From an uncultured Desulfosarcina sp. (GTDB lineage Bacteria; Desulfobacterota; Desulfobacteria; Desulfobacterales; Desulfosarcinaceae): a stretch of 64,000 nucleotides of DNA. Below the pieces are notes generated by a model. The model did no database searches, was not told the origin of the DNA, and saw only the letters and a list, made by a program, of their open reading frames with translations. Of this stretch, positions 9,341-17,921 are shown piece by piece (the first letter of the stretch is position 1; the number at the start of each line of letters is the position of its first letter). The translations under genes and the position numbers were made by a program. The stretch covers positions 2,528,001 to 2,592,000 of the forward strand of contig CAXXWQ010000004.1 of assembly GCA_963674945.2 (NCBI GenBank), given 5' to 3'.

Positions 9341-10876
9341 TTAGAATGAATAGGAAAGTTTAAAGGCAAGTGTGTCGCGATCCGCCAGATCATGGTTGTG
9401 TAATCGATTCTCATAAGTGAGGTCACCTTCCCATACATCGTTGAACATAAAATCGACACCGACGGAAACGGAATTTTTATTTTCCTGGAAATCCACTGCC
9501 TTCAGATAATCGTCACCTTTGGGCGTAGCAGAGTATTTCACGTTGAAGCCGAAATCTGTTCTTTGCAGCACCTGGAACCAGTCAAAATTAACAACGGCCA
9601 CATACTTGAATCCTTCCTCGTTTCTCCCTTCGAGGCCATCTTGTGCGCCATAAGCTGCTTCACCGGACACGATGATTCTATCTGCCACCCCGAACCATCC
9701 CGGACTCTTGAGATAGGTAAAACAGGCCTGTGCCTGCCAATAGCCCCCCTCTATAAGACTTTCCGGCCCTCTTAACTCAGGATCTTGGAAAATGATATCG
9801 TCTCGATAGGCGAATTCGGCGCCGATCTGGGCATCACCGACCACCGAACTGACGGAAAAGCCATACAGCTTGATGTCTTCCGGATAGATTACTCTATACA
9901 AAACGGTGGCTGGGTCGGGATACACGATGGCCTGATTTTTTTCATGATAGTTGATATAATAACCCGCGATTTCCGTCGCGGCCCACGGCAGCATATACGA
10001 TAGCGCTACGCCGTATTGTCCGTCATCCCTTGGTTCCTCATCCTCTGTCCGGGGTATGTTTACAAGAACCCCACCGTAGTCATACAAAAGAGGGGCCTTT
10101 ATTTCATCAAGCATATCCGATGAAGAGAAAAAGGTGCCGCCCTCCATGAATCTGCTTTTTTCCCATTCCCACTGATAGTACGCGCGCAATCCCACATCAC
10201 CATATCCTGTCTGAAGATAAATCGCTCCCGTGGGCAGATACATTTCCTTTACCTCCGTTCCCACTGCAGTCGCGGCGGAAAAATCCATGGGGGCTTGCGC
10301 CGAACTGATGCCGGTTATTATATAGCTGCTCTCTCCCCAGGAGATGACCTGATTTCCGACTCGGAGATCAAAAGGGATCTCGCCCACACGAAAGTTGGTA
10401 TATGCAAAAGCATCCAGGATTTCCGCATTCAGGCCGTGGATATCCTCAACTTCTTCCGCCCATTCATCCGGCTCCTGAATCAGACCGCCGACGTAGGCAC
10501 TGTTGTTATCATTGCTGGAACCGTCATTGGAGTTATTTGTCATATACACATGGTCATAAAACGCCTTGGGCCGAACGAACACGCCAACATTTTTATAGAT
10601 GAATTCGATGTCCGCAATCGCCGTTATCTTGTTGTTGTAAAAGTCCCATTGGTCAAAATTCCGGTTGCTGTCATCATGCATGGTATTGGCCAGCAATTCC
10701 TCGTCCCTGTCGGACACTCTTATACCCGATCCGTAGGAGAGAGTTACGTCCAAAAGAAATTCTGCCTCAGACCCGAGATACCATTTCCCCGCACCTGCCG
10801 TTCCAAGAAATGAAAACACGCCAATTATCAACACCATCGTCAACAAAATGTTTCCTTGCCTTTCCAAATGCCTCAT
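9341..10876 (-). CDS. DUF1302 outer-membrane beta-barrel protein
   Basis: DDSNRNF, RVGNQVISWGES, YYQWEW motifs and C-terminal DRD...SYSF; paired with DUF1329. Confidence 0.9.
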   Translation of the reverse strand: MRHLERQGNILLTMVLIIGVFSFLGTAGAGKWYLGSEAEFLLDVTLSYGSGIRVSDRDEELLANTMHDDSNRNFDQWDFYNNKITAIADIEFIYKNVGVFVRPKAFYDHVYMTNNSNDGSSNDNNSAYVGGLIQEPDEWAEEVEDIHGLNAEILDAFAYTNFRVGEIPFDLRVGNQVISWGESSYIITGISSAQAPMDFSAATAVGTEVKEMYLPTGAIYLQTGYGDVGLRAYYQWEWEKSRFMEGGTFFSSSDMLDEIKAPLLYDYGGVLVNIPRTEDEEPRDDGQYGVALSYMLPWAATEIAGYYINYHEKNQAIVYPDPATVLYRVIYPEDIKLYGFSVSSVVGDAQIGAEFAYRDDIIFQDPELRGPESLIEGGYWQAQACFTYLKSPGWFGVADRIIVSGEAAYGAQDGLEGRNEEGFKYVAVVNFDWFQVLQRTDFGFNVKYSATPKGDDYLKAVDFQENKNSVSVGVDFMFNDVWEGDLTYENRLHNHDLADRDTLAFKLSYSF

Positions 10877-12017
10877 ATCTTCCTCCTCAAGAATTTTGAG
10901 AGTTTAAAGACATAGAGCTTGTGCTGTCAGGATTGGGCGGGTATTACGTAAAGCTTTAACCTGAACGAAATAGAAGCCTATGAAGATTATTCGATGTTGC
11001 CGGTAGCAAGGCTACCAAAAATGGGTGAATTGACATATTCTATGGGTTAACTGCATCAGAATAAAGGTAGTGGAAATCGTCGGAACTTGTGTTTATTGGA
11101 CAGGATAATGATTAGAAATCATATCGAACTAATTGATTATGTGGCCAGCCATAACAGGAGACTGGTTTCTCCTGTTGGTGGAGGAAGCGCAGAAAGATTC
11201 AACGCGCAAACTGACACTTATAGTATGACACCTGAAGAAAAAATTGCTCAATGGCTGCATTTTCAGACCAAAGAATATGGGCATGATTTTGTATTTTCCA
11301 GCATACCATATATCGATATTTGCAGCTATTTGGGTCTGGAAACGTATACTGACCGATACGGGACGGAGCATGTCCGCTTGGGCCAAATCAACAGCATGAA
11401 TGATTTAATAAAAATCAAGAATTCCATATCGTTCGATGCATTCATGACGAATCCCTATATACAAGCGGTAAAAGAGTTTAAAAAGCGATCCACGACTGCG
11501 ATAGGCGTCGGAGGCTTTGGCCCGGCAACATTGGCCAGTTATGTATTAGGGGTAGAAAATTTTTTACTAAAATGCATTAAAGACCCTGTGCTTATCCAGG
11601 AAGTTTCGAATTTTTTTGCGGAATTTATTATAGAAATTGCATGTGAAGGTGAAAAAATTGGAGCAGATTTCTTATGGGTTGGAGAACCGGTCATCGTAAT
11701 GGTTTCTCCAAAACATTTCAAAAATTTTTCAGGTCAATATGTAAAAAAAATTTTTGATAAAACTTCTTTACCCGGCTTCCTACATGTCCCGGGAGAGACA
11801 AATCATCTGATTGATGAATTTGTGCAAACTGGAGCACAATGTTTGAGTTTAGATCATCATGTTGATATGAGAAAAGTCGCCTATACTGTTCCTCCAAATG
11901 TTGTAACGCTTGGAAACATCGATACAATCTCAATGGCAATGAACGACGTTAAGAAAATAGAAAATCAAGTAATCGAGTTGAATGAAAAGATTAAAAATTT
12001 CCCTAATTTTATTGTAA

Positions 12018-13673
12018 CCTGTTTCCGTGGCACAAAACCTGATTAAAACACTATAACCAATTGATAAAACATATATATTATGGTAATATTAGGGCACTAA
12101 ACGCTCACTTCGGAGGTGAAATCAATGCGGCGTCCGATCACCATAAAACACGAGATGGAAAAACTTGCCAGTCATAGCGGATTGATCAATATCGGCGCAT
12201 TACTTGATGCGATAAATTTCAGGTTCCGTTTCGAAAAGATCAACGGCGTCCATTGTGTAGACCCGAAAATTTCTCATGGTGACATTTTAGCTTCGATGAT
12301 TGCTCTCATGAGTATTGGTAAACCTGATTACGATGCGATCGAGATTTTTCGTGAGAAGCAAGAATTTTTCAACAAGGCCATTGGCAATCGTGCATGCCCG
12401 TCAAGCCCGACATTGCGTCAGCGAATCGATTTGATCGGCAACCAAGCCGATAAGCTGATTAAGGATGCAGGCGTTGATTTGGTTCGATCCTGCGCTCCGG
12501 CGATTTCACCCATCCAAACCAGTGCGGGTGATTTCCTTCCTTTGGATATGGATGTGAGTCCGTTTGACAACTCAAAGACTCAAAAGGAAGGCGTTTCCAG
12601 AACCTACAAAGGCACGGATGGCTTCGCTCCGATCTTTGCCTACCTGGGCACCGAGGGGTATCTGGTGAATCTTGAGTTCAGAGAAGGAAAACAACACTGC
12701 CAGAAAAACACCCCCGAATTTATCAACGCCACCTTGGATTATGCCAGGCAAATTACCGATCAGCCTATTTTGATGAGGTTGGATTCAGGAAACGACAGTC
12801 AAGACAACTTTCCTGACGATTCACGAAAGAATGTCCACTTTATCATCAAACGCAATTTGCGTAGAGAATCTGTTCAAAAGTGGGTTGATCTGGCAAAAAA
12901 ATCCGGCAAGCAACAGCATTGCCGCTCAGGAAAATGTGTATGGATCGGAAAGACGATTGAAGACATCAACGGCAATCCATTGCGCTACCCAATCATCTTT
13001 GAGGTTACCGAAAGGCATACCAAAAAGGGCCAAGTACTGCTGTTCCCCGAGTATCAGATCGATACCTATTGGTGCAGCCTCGCACAGTTGCCACCGGATG
13101 AGGTGATTCGACTTTATCACGATCACGGTACCAGCGAGCAGTTTCACTCCGAACTCAAATCCGACATGGGCCTGGAGCGCTTGCCGAGCGGTCATTTTTC
13201 CACCAATAGCTTGATTCTTCATTTGGCGATGCTGACGTACAACATGCTACGGATTATCGGACAAATCAGCATCGAAGAGAGTGATCCGACTGAATTGCCC
13301 GGTATACGCCGGAAGAAAGTTACCCGGCGTCGAATCCGGACAGTCATGCAGGACTTGATGTATATGGCCGGTCGATTAGTAACCAGAAGTAGAAAATGGT
13401 ACATATCCTTTGGCCAACTCAATCCATTTTCCAAACTGATGGATCGGATTTATCTTCGTCTGAATTTGCTTTCCGCTATGAAGTAGCTATAATTTTTAAA
13501 AGAACAATTTTACAGGCATTTGCTTGGTGATTTGCTATGGCTAAAGAATGAGAAACAGGAGCAAAATTCCTTCGAAATTTGAAAATAGTGAGAAAAATTA
13601 TCAACAAATGATGGTGTGTGAGGCAATCGCCCCGCGCCAATCCTAACAGCAAAAATTAGGCCACTGATTCAGG
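12018..13673 (+). mobile_element. IS1380 family insertion sequence (1656 bp)
   Basis: Imperfect TIRs CCTGTTTCCGTGGC and GCCACTGATTCAGG (11/14). Flanking 5-bp direct repeat TGTAA at 12013-12017 and 13674-13678. Confidence 0.93.
12116..13486 (+). CDS. IS1380 family DDE transposase
   Basis: LDMDVSPFDNSKT.KEGVSRTYKG, MRLDSG and YHDHGTSEQFHSELKSDM motifs; uninterrupted 456-aa ORF. Confidence 0.95.
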   Translation: MKSMRRPITIKHEMEKLASHSGLINIGALLDAINFRFRFEKINGVHCVDPKISHGDILASMIALMSIGKPDYDAIEIFREKQEFFNKAIGNRACPSSPTLRQRIDLIGNQADKLIKDAGVDLVRSCAPAISPIQTSAGDFLPLDMDVSPFDNSKTQKEGVSRTYKGTDGFAPIFAYLGTEGYLVNLEFREGKQHCQKNTPEFINATLDYARQITDQPILMRLDSGNDSQDNFPDDSRKNVHFIIKRNLRRESVQKWVDLAKKSGKQQHCRSGKCVWIGKTIEDINGNPLRYPIIFEVTERHTKKGQVLLFPEYQIDTYWCSLAQLPPDEVIRLYHDHGTSEQFHSELKSDMGLERLPSGHFSTNSLILHLAMLTYNMLRIIGQISIEESDPTELPGIRRKKVTRRRIRTVMQDLMYMAGRLVTRSRKWYISFGQLNPFSKLMDRIYLRLNLLSAMK

Positions 13674-14163
13674 TGTAAGTTCAGGCGGCGGTATTATAGA
13701 CGGCACGCCTGAAGAAAGTTTACGCGTATTGTTTGATGTAACGAGCAGGTTTCCGGTTTACCATAAAGAACAATACCATCAAATAAATGATCTATGGAGA
13801 ATTGTGGCTGTAAACAATCGGGAGCGATTCGATCGCTATATTTCAGAAAACAATGTATCAAACACAATAATCGATGCATGCATTGAGGAAGCTTGCAAAT
13901 ATTTACATTTTCAGATGGAAAACAATAAGATAGACCTTGAAACGTACAATAAAAGGATCAATGAAATCAAGATTGCCATTCAAAGGGACCGTTCTTGATT
14001 TACCCATCGTTGCACAGAGGGTCTCTGACATGGCCGATGTGCACAGTCCATCAGTTTTTTGGTACCCTATGCGGATACTGTTTAAGAAAAGGTGAAGGCT
14101 GAAGAGAGATTGGAAAAATACCGCTTCGCGTTCCCGGTCAATATAAAGCGGCAGGTTCGAATG

Positions 14164-14394
14164 CTATGCGGCAGTAGATTTGTTTAATCTTTCGGCAAGC
14201 CAAATTTTAATAATCGACTGCCGTGGAACACCGAGACGTTTGGCTTCTTTATCTAGTGAACGAATCATCCAAAGAGGGAAATCGACATTAACCCGTTTTT
14301 GCTCCTGGTTCGGCCGTCTTGCTTTTGAGAGATTCAGATGTTCTATGATGCTTTTCCCCTCATCAAATTTCTTGTCTAATTCTTTAGCTTTCAT
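14164..14394 (-). CDS. brnA: BrnA/CopG-type antitoxin
   Basis: MKAKELDKKFDEG, RVNVDFPLWMI..LDKEAKRLGV.RQSIIK.W (RHH); overlaps the toxin gene. Confidence 0.85.
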   Translation of the reverse strand: MKAKELDKKFDEGKSIIEHLNLSKARRPNQEQKRVNVDFPLWMIRSLDKEAKRLGVPRQSIIKIWLAERLNKSTAA

Positions 14395-14644
14395 AAAGAT
14401 CTATCTCCTCATTTCTGGCACGCCGCACTGAAATAATACGTATGTTATCATTGCGATAAGTAATAATCCCAGTCCAGTGTTTTTCGTCTATTTTTCCAAT
14501 CACCAGAAATCTCGGTTCATCGGTTGTTTTAGCCGGAATTTCCAACAAATCAATATCATCCCAAAGCTCTTGGGCCTCAACAAAATCAATCCCATGCTTA
14601 ATTTTATTGTTATTCGACTTTTTGGGGTCAAATTCAAATATCAT
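14384..14644 (-). CDS. brnT: BrnT family ribonuclease toxin
   Basis: FEFDPKKS..N.IKHGIDF and IRIISVRRAR motifs. Confidence 0.92.
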   Translation of the reverse strand: MIFEFDPKKSNNNKIKHGIDFVEAQELWDDIDLLEIPAKTTDEPRFLVIGKIDEKHWTGIITYRNDNIRIISVRRARNEEIDLYES

Positions 14645-14652
14645 GGTATAAA

Positions 14653-14681
14653 TAATATACCAATATGGTATTTTATGTCAA
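14653..14681 (-). promoter_or_regulatory. brnTA sigma70 promoter with overlapping palindromic operator
   Basis: Minus-strand TTGACA at 14681-14676 then a TATATT-like -10. Palindrome ATACCA-ATA-TGGTAT at 14657-14671. Confidence 0.6.
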
Positions 14682-14837
14682 CTTAAGGATGACTTCGAGT
14701 CAAGAGAACCAATCGATCCCTATAATGCCGTTTTTGAGGCCGAAAAGTGCGATATTGATGCCAAAAGCATCTCGTTTTAGGATATTTTCATTATACTTTC
14801 AGGATTATAGCTTGGGCACCCCCCTTTTCTGATCTTC

Positions 14838-15443
14838 TTAAAGAGCTGACAGAACCTCTTTCACGATATTAACGAATTTATAAAAAACCGCCGTTTTCAT
14901 TCTCAACGAACGGTGACCAAGATTGTCAAACATTTTTTCCCTTAATCCCCTTGAAATTTCCAACTGAACACCTTCCCCGCTCCCGCACCTGTTACAAATA
15001 TTTTCAGGTCTGATTCCCCTCAGCCCCGGTATCTCACTGATTTCGGCATCAAATCCGGCTGTCTTCAATGCGTACATTATTTTCTGTTTCAGCTTCTCAT
15101 TTCTTCCGCCGATATGAACCGCTTCCGTTCTGAATCCGGAACCGTGAACCGAAATTACAATGACAGCATTCTGAGAAACTCTCACTCCCAACGTCTCATC
15201 AAATCTGTTGCTGTTTATGTGCAATATTCTGTTCCCTGTCTTTTTCAGCCCCTTGAATGCATAAAATGTATGATCACATCCGGCCAGCGCATCCGCGATA
15301 TCAATTGTGCCGGGTTCTATGCCTCCTCCGTGGGGTGCGATCACAGCGATTTCGGAATCACCCTCACGATGGAAGGTTGCGTAATCCTCATTTTCCCTTT
15401 CATTCCGCCTTAGTTCGGCATAACCTGCATATCTGTCTGTCAT
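14838..15443 (-). CDS. Poly-gamma-glutamate hydrolase family protein (YjqB/PghP-like)
   Basis: IAPHGGGIEPGT, LHINS.RFDE, SVHG and NICNR...GVQLEIS motifs. Confidence 0.88.
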   Translation of the reverse strand: MTDRYAGYAELRRNERENEDYATFHREGDSEIAVIAPHGGGIEPGTIDIADALAGCDHTFYAFKGLKKTGNRILHINSNRFDETLGVRVSQNAVIVISVHGSGFRTEAVHIGGRNEKLKQKIMYALKTAGFDAEISEIPGLRGIRPENICNRCGSGEGVQLEISRGLREKMFDNLGHRSLRMKTAVFYKFVNIVKEVLSAL

Positions 15444-15481
15444 AATTCAGCAATCAACTTTATAAACTGATGTCTAAAAAA

Positions 15482-15545
15482 ATATAACGCCTGCCTCAGC
15501 AGCCGCGGCGATCTATCAGCGGTCTGCTGGAGGCTATTGTTGGCT
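15482..15545 (-). other. Integron attC recombination site (64 bp)
   Basis: Minus strand: R'' AGCCAAC, 5-nt spacer, L'' CCTCCAGC (extra C), central stem, L' GCTGAGG, 5-nt spacer, R' GTTATAT. Confidence 0.88.
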
Positions 15546-15923
15546 TGAAGATATCTTTGAAAAATATTTTACTCTCGGCAGATTTTTAAAATGAGCGTCT
15601 TGGGTCCAAATATCACACTGATGCATTTTGGCAGTGGCGAATATTATGCTATCCGCCATCGGCAGACTATATTGCATACTTATTTTAGCGGCATTCATAG
15701 ACAAATTCACCGTGAGATCAATAACTTTCCCTTTTTGCATTGCAGCTACTGACTGCAAGGCTTCGTCTTCACCGGCTTCACGCAAGACCACTTTAAACAC
15801 TTCATGGATAGTAATGACGGGCACAATAAGGGAGGAAGGGGCCTCTAAAGGCAGAGAAAAATTTGCTGAATTTGGACCGCCTTCAAAGTATTCTAACCAG
15901 CCGGAGGAGTCGACAATGTTCAT
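15534..15923 (-). CDS. vapC: VapC PIN-domain toxin
   Basis: VDSSGWLEYF, HEVFK, LPMADSII and WTQDAHF motifs; its stop lies inside the attC. Confidence 0.93.
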   Translation of the reverse strand: MNIVDSSGWLEYFEGGPNSANFSLPLEAPSSLIVPVITIHEVFKVVLREAGEDEALQSVAAMQKGKVIDLTVNLSMNAAKISMQYSLPMADSIIFATAKMHQCDIWTQDAHFKNLPRVKYFSKISSSQQ

Positions 15924-16126
15924 AGACGATCATCCTCTCGCTCAAAATCCGTATTAATTCCCTTTAAGAATCCCCTTAGTTCTGAAATATCCCTATCTGG
16001 AATTAATTCAATCCTTCCTTCATATTCAATGACCCTTAATTTTTGTCCAGGGCGTAATTGCATTGTTTCTCGTATGATTTTTGGGATAACCACTTGATAT
16101 TTAGGAGAAACTGTGACAATTTGCAT
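15920..16126 (-). CDS. vapB: AbrB/MazE-type antitoxin (VapB)
   Basis: VSPKYQVVIPK.IRE.M.LRPGQ swapped-hairpin motif; ATGA overlap with vapC. Confidence 0.9.
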   Translation of the reverse strand: MQIVTVSPKYQVVIPKIIRETMQLRPGQKLRVIEYEGRIELIPDRDISELRGFLKGINTDFEREDDRL

Positions 16127-16197
16127 AATTGCACCTCAATCGATATAGTTTTTGTAATACGATATCATTATCGATGCGATTCTGTCAATTATTGAGG

Positions 16198-16290
16198 AGC
16201 CAACAGTGGCAATACATGGAAAAATTTTCCACGTATTGGCATATTACGTGCGGAAAGTGGAAAATATGGCCCAGAATTTTCCACTTTTCA
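16198..16290 (-). promoter_or_regulatory. Putative attI site / intI promoter region
   Basis: Core GTTGGCT directly upstream of the first cassette, between the cassette and the divergent intI remnant; two strong inverted repeats. Confidence 0.55.
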
Positions 16291-16300
16291 TTTTTAGGAC

Positions 16301-16450
16301 ATGCCCAAAATGGAGCCCAATCATAAATTTGCCCCAGACCCAAATTTAATATTAATGGATCAAGTCCGCCAAGTGCTACGCTACCATCATTATTCCATGA
16401 GCACTGGGACAGTTTTATCGACAAGGCGGCTGCTTTGTAAATGGATTCTC
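16301..16450 (+). pseudogene. intI: Integron integrase N-terminal remnant
   Basis: KFAPDPNLILMDQVRQVLRYHHYS.ST...CKWIL resembles the IntI N-terminal SAM-like domain. The catalytic domain is absent and the sequence degenerates afterwards. Confidence 0.78.
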
Positions 16451-16727
16451 GTTAAAAATGCGTACAGAAAACAGGTGGTACTTATGAGAAAGTACTCAAT
16501 TTCACTCCCCCGGTGGTCAAGCATAAAGTGCCGCTATGTTAACCAATACCAATCGTGTGATCGCATCAATTTCTCTATGGTTTTGCTTTTTCGCGGGCAC
16601 GACCCGCTCCTGCAACAGCCACACCTTGACAACCTTCCTTGCGGCGATCTACCATTAATCTTCGATTACACCGGCACCTTCAGTGTTTGCACGAAGCTTT
16701 TCCAGCAAAGGCAAAGAAGAATTTTTT

Positions 16728-17600
16728 ATGAACCCGACCCTCCACTTCACCAACGGCGACGTCGCCGGCAAAATTCTCGAACATTCCGGCATTTCAGGAG
16801 AAGTGCTGGTATGGCGCGACGTGCTGTACGAAGGTCCCCGGAGCGTCGGCTGGCCCGATGAGGCGACGCTTCGGGCACGGGCACGATTTCTCGGGCAGTC
16901 CACCGATGGTGCCTTGGACGAGAATGTCATTTACCGCACCCTGCAGGACCAGTATGCCAGGCTTGAAAGGGCGAAAACCGGAACGTATGACATCGTCCTG
17001 TGGTTCGATGCCTGCCTGTTCGACCAGAGCATGCTCGTTCATATCCTGTCTCGCATGCACGAAAAGGAGATAAACGACATACAACTCATCTGCGTGGACC
17101 GATTTCCCGGCATCGCGCCTTTTAACGGACTCGGTCAGCTCACGCCGGAACAGATGGCCTCCCTGTACGACAGCCGCCGGCCGGTCACCGACAGCCAATT
17201 TTTGTATGCAAAGGAGGTGGATCGGGCATTCGCCCTGCAGGACCCGTCATTTCTCGCCCAGTTTGCAGGGCAATCCGACGTTCCCCTGCCGTGGGTGCCT
17301 GCCGCCGCAAGGCGCTGGCTGGCCGAACAACCGGATCCGCAAAGCGGCCTGGGACGGCTGGAACAACTGACCCTGGAGGCGATCCGCAATGGATGCACAA
17401 CGCCGCCGGAGATCTTCAAGGCGGTGGCGGCGGCCGACACACCGCCCCAATTCTGGGGGGATACCACTTTATGGGAAAAAATCAACGGACTGGCGGACCG
17501 TGATCCTCCCTTGGTGAGAATCGCCGGGCCTGCCGAAAGGCTCCCCCAATGGGAGAGCGAGCTGGATCTGAAGTCATTTCATGATTATTTTCGCACCTAA
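16728..17600 (+). CDS. DUF1835 domain protein
   Basis: LHFTNGD, WRDVLYEGP, LWFDACLFDQ and FWGDT motifs. Confidence 0.8.
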   Translation: MNPTLHFTNGDVAGKILEHSGISGEVLVWRDVLYEGPRSVGWPDEATLRARARFLGQSTDGALDENVIYRTLQDQYARLERAKTGTYDIVLWFDACLFDQSMLVHILSRMHEKEINDIQLICVDRFPGIAPFNGLGQLTPEQMASLYDSRRPVTDSQFLYAKEVDRAFALQDPSFLAQFAGQSDVPLPWVPAAARRWLAEQPDPQSGLGRLEQLTLEAIRNGCTTPPEIFKAVAAADTPPQFWGDTTLWEKINGLADRDPPLVRIAGPAERLPQWESELDLKSFHDYFRT

Positions 17601-17685
17601 GTACATCTATTCACAAATATGAAAACGGATTCTTTCACCACCGAGGACACAGAGAACACAGAAGTCAGAAGCCAGTATTCAGGAG

Positions 17686-17769
17686 CCAGAATAGAGTTGA
17701 TGTCGCTTCGCTCCTTCGATTGGATAGTGGAAAGGATGGATCGAGCCGAAGGCGAATACCTTATTCTGG
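17686..17769. repeat. Long imperfect inverted repeat (REP-like)
   Basis: CCAGAATA pairs with TATTCTGG; inner TCGCTTCG pairs with CGAAGGCGA. Lies between convergent genes. Confidence 0.5.
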
Positions 17770-17860
17770 ATTCTAACTCTTTGAGTCTTTTAGCAATCTT
17801 GCGGCAGTGCCATTTATCTTTTCACCCAGTCCAGAGAACCAGTTCTTCTGAATTGAATAA

Positions 17861-17921
17861 TACGCCGCAGTGACGAGGTGTGAAGCGTAACGAAGATATC
17901 GGTTTTTTACTGTTGCCGTCA
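17861..17921 (-). mobile_element. Truncated left half of the MITE/REP-like element
   Basis: Minus strand TGACGGCAACAGTAAAAAACCGATATCTTCGTTACGCTTCACACCTCGTCACTGCGGCGTA matches 549-609. Confidence 0.75.

Larger units (their letters stand above)
11108..13998 (+). pseudogene. Uroporphyrinogen decarboxylase / MtaA-CmuA methyltransferase family gene interrupted by IS1380 (pieces 11108-12017 and 13679-13998)
   Basis: GPATLA, GADFLW.GEP, LHVPG and LGNID motifs. Removing the IS and one TGTAA copy restores the frame ...NFIVSSGGGIIDGTPEESL..., joining ORF 13729-13998. Confidence 0.88.
15488..16203 (-). mobile_element. Integron gene cassette carrying vapBC
   Basis: Begins at G|TTGGCT (16204-16198), which is exactly complementary to the attC R'' AGCCAAC; ends at the attC R' G. 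Confidence 0.82.

Noticed and set aside
14000..14163. attC after brnA
   Set aside because: A small CCGCTT/AAGCGG stem exists but there are no correctly spaced RYYYAAC/GTTRRRY and L boxes.
14690..14837. attC after the poly-gamma-glutamate hydrolase gene
   Set aside because: No ATATAAC-like R'' box or paired L boxes found.
16301..16861. 186-aa ORF as a real full-length protein
   Set aside because: Only the first ~45 codons are integrase-like; the rest is non-homologous read-through overlapping the DUF1835 gene.
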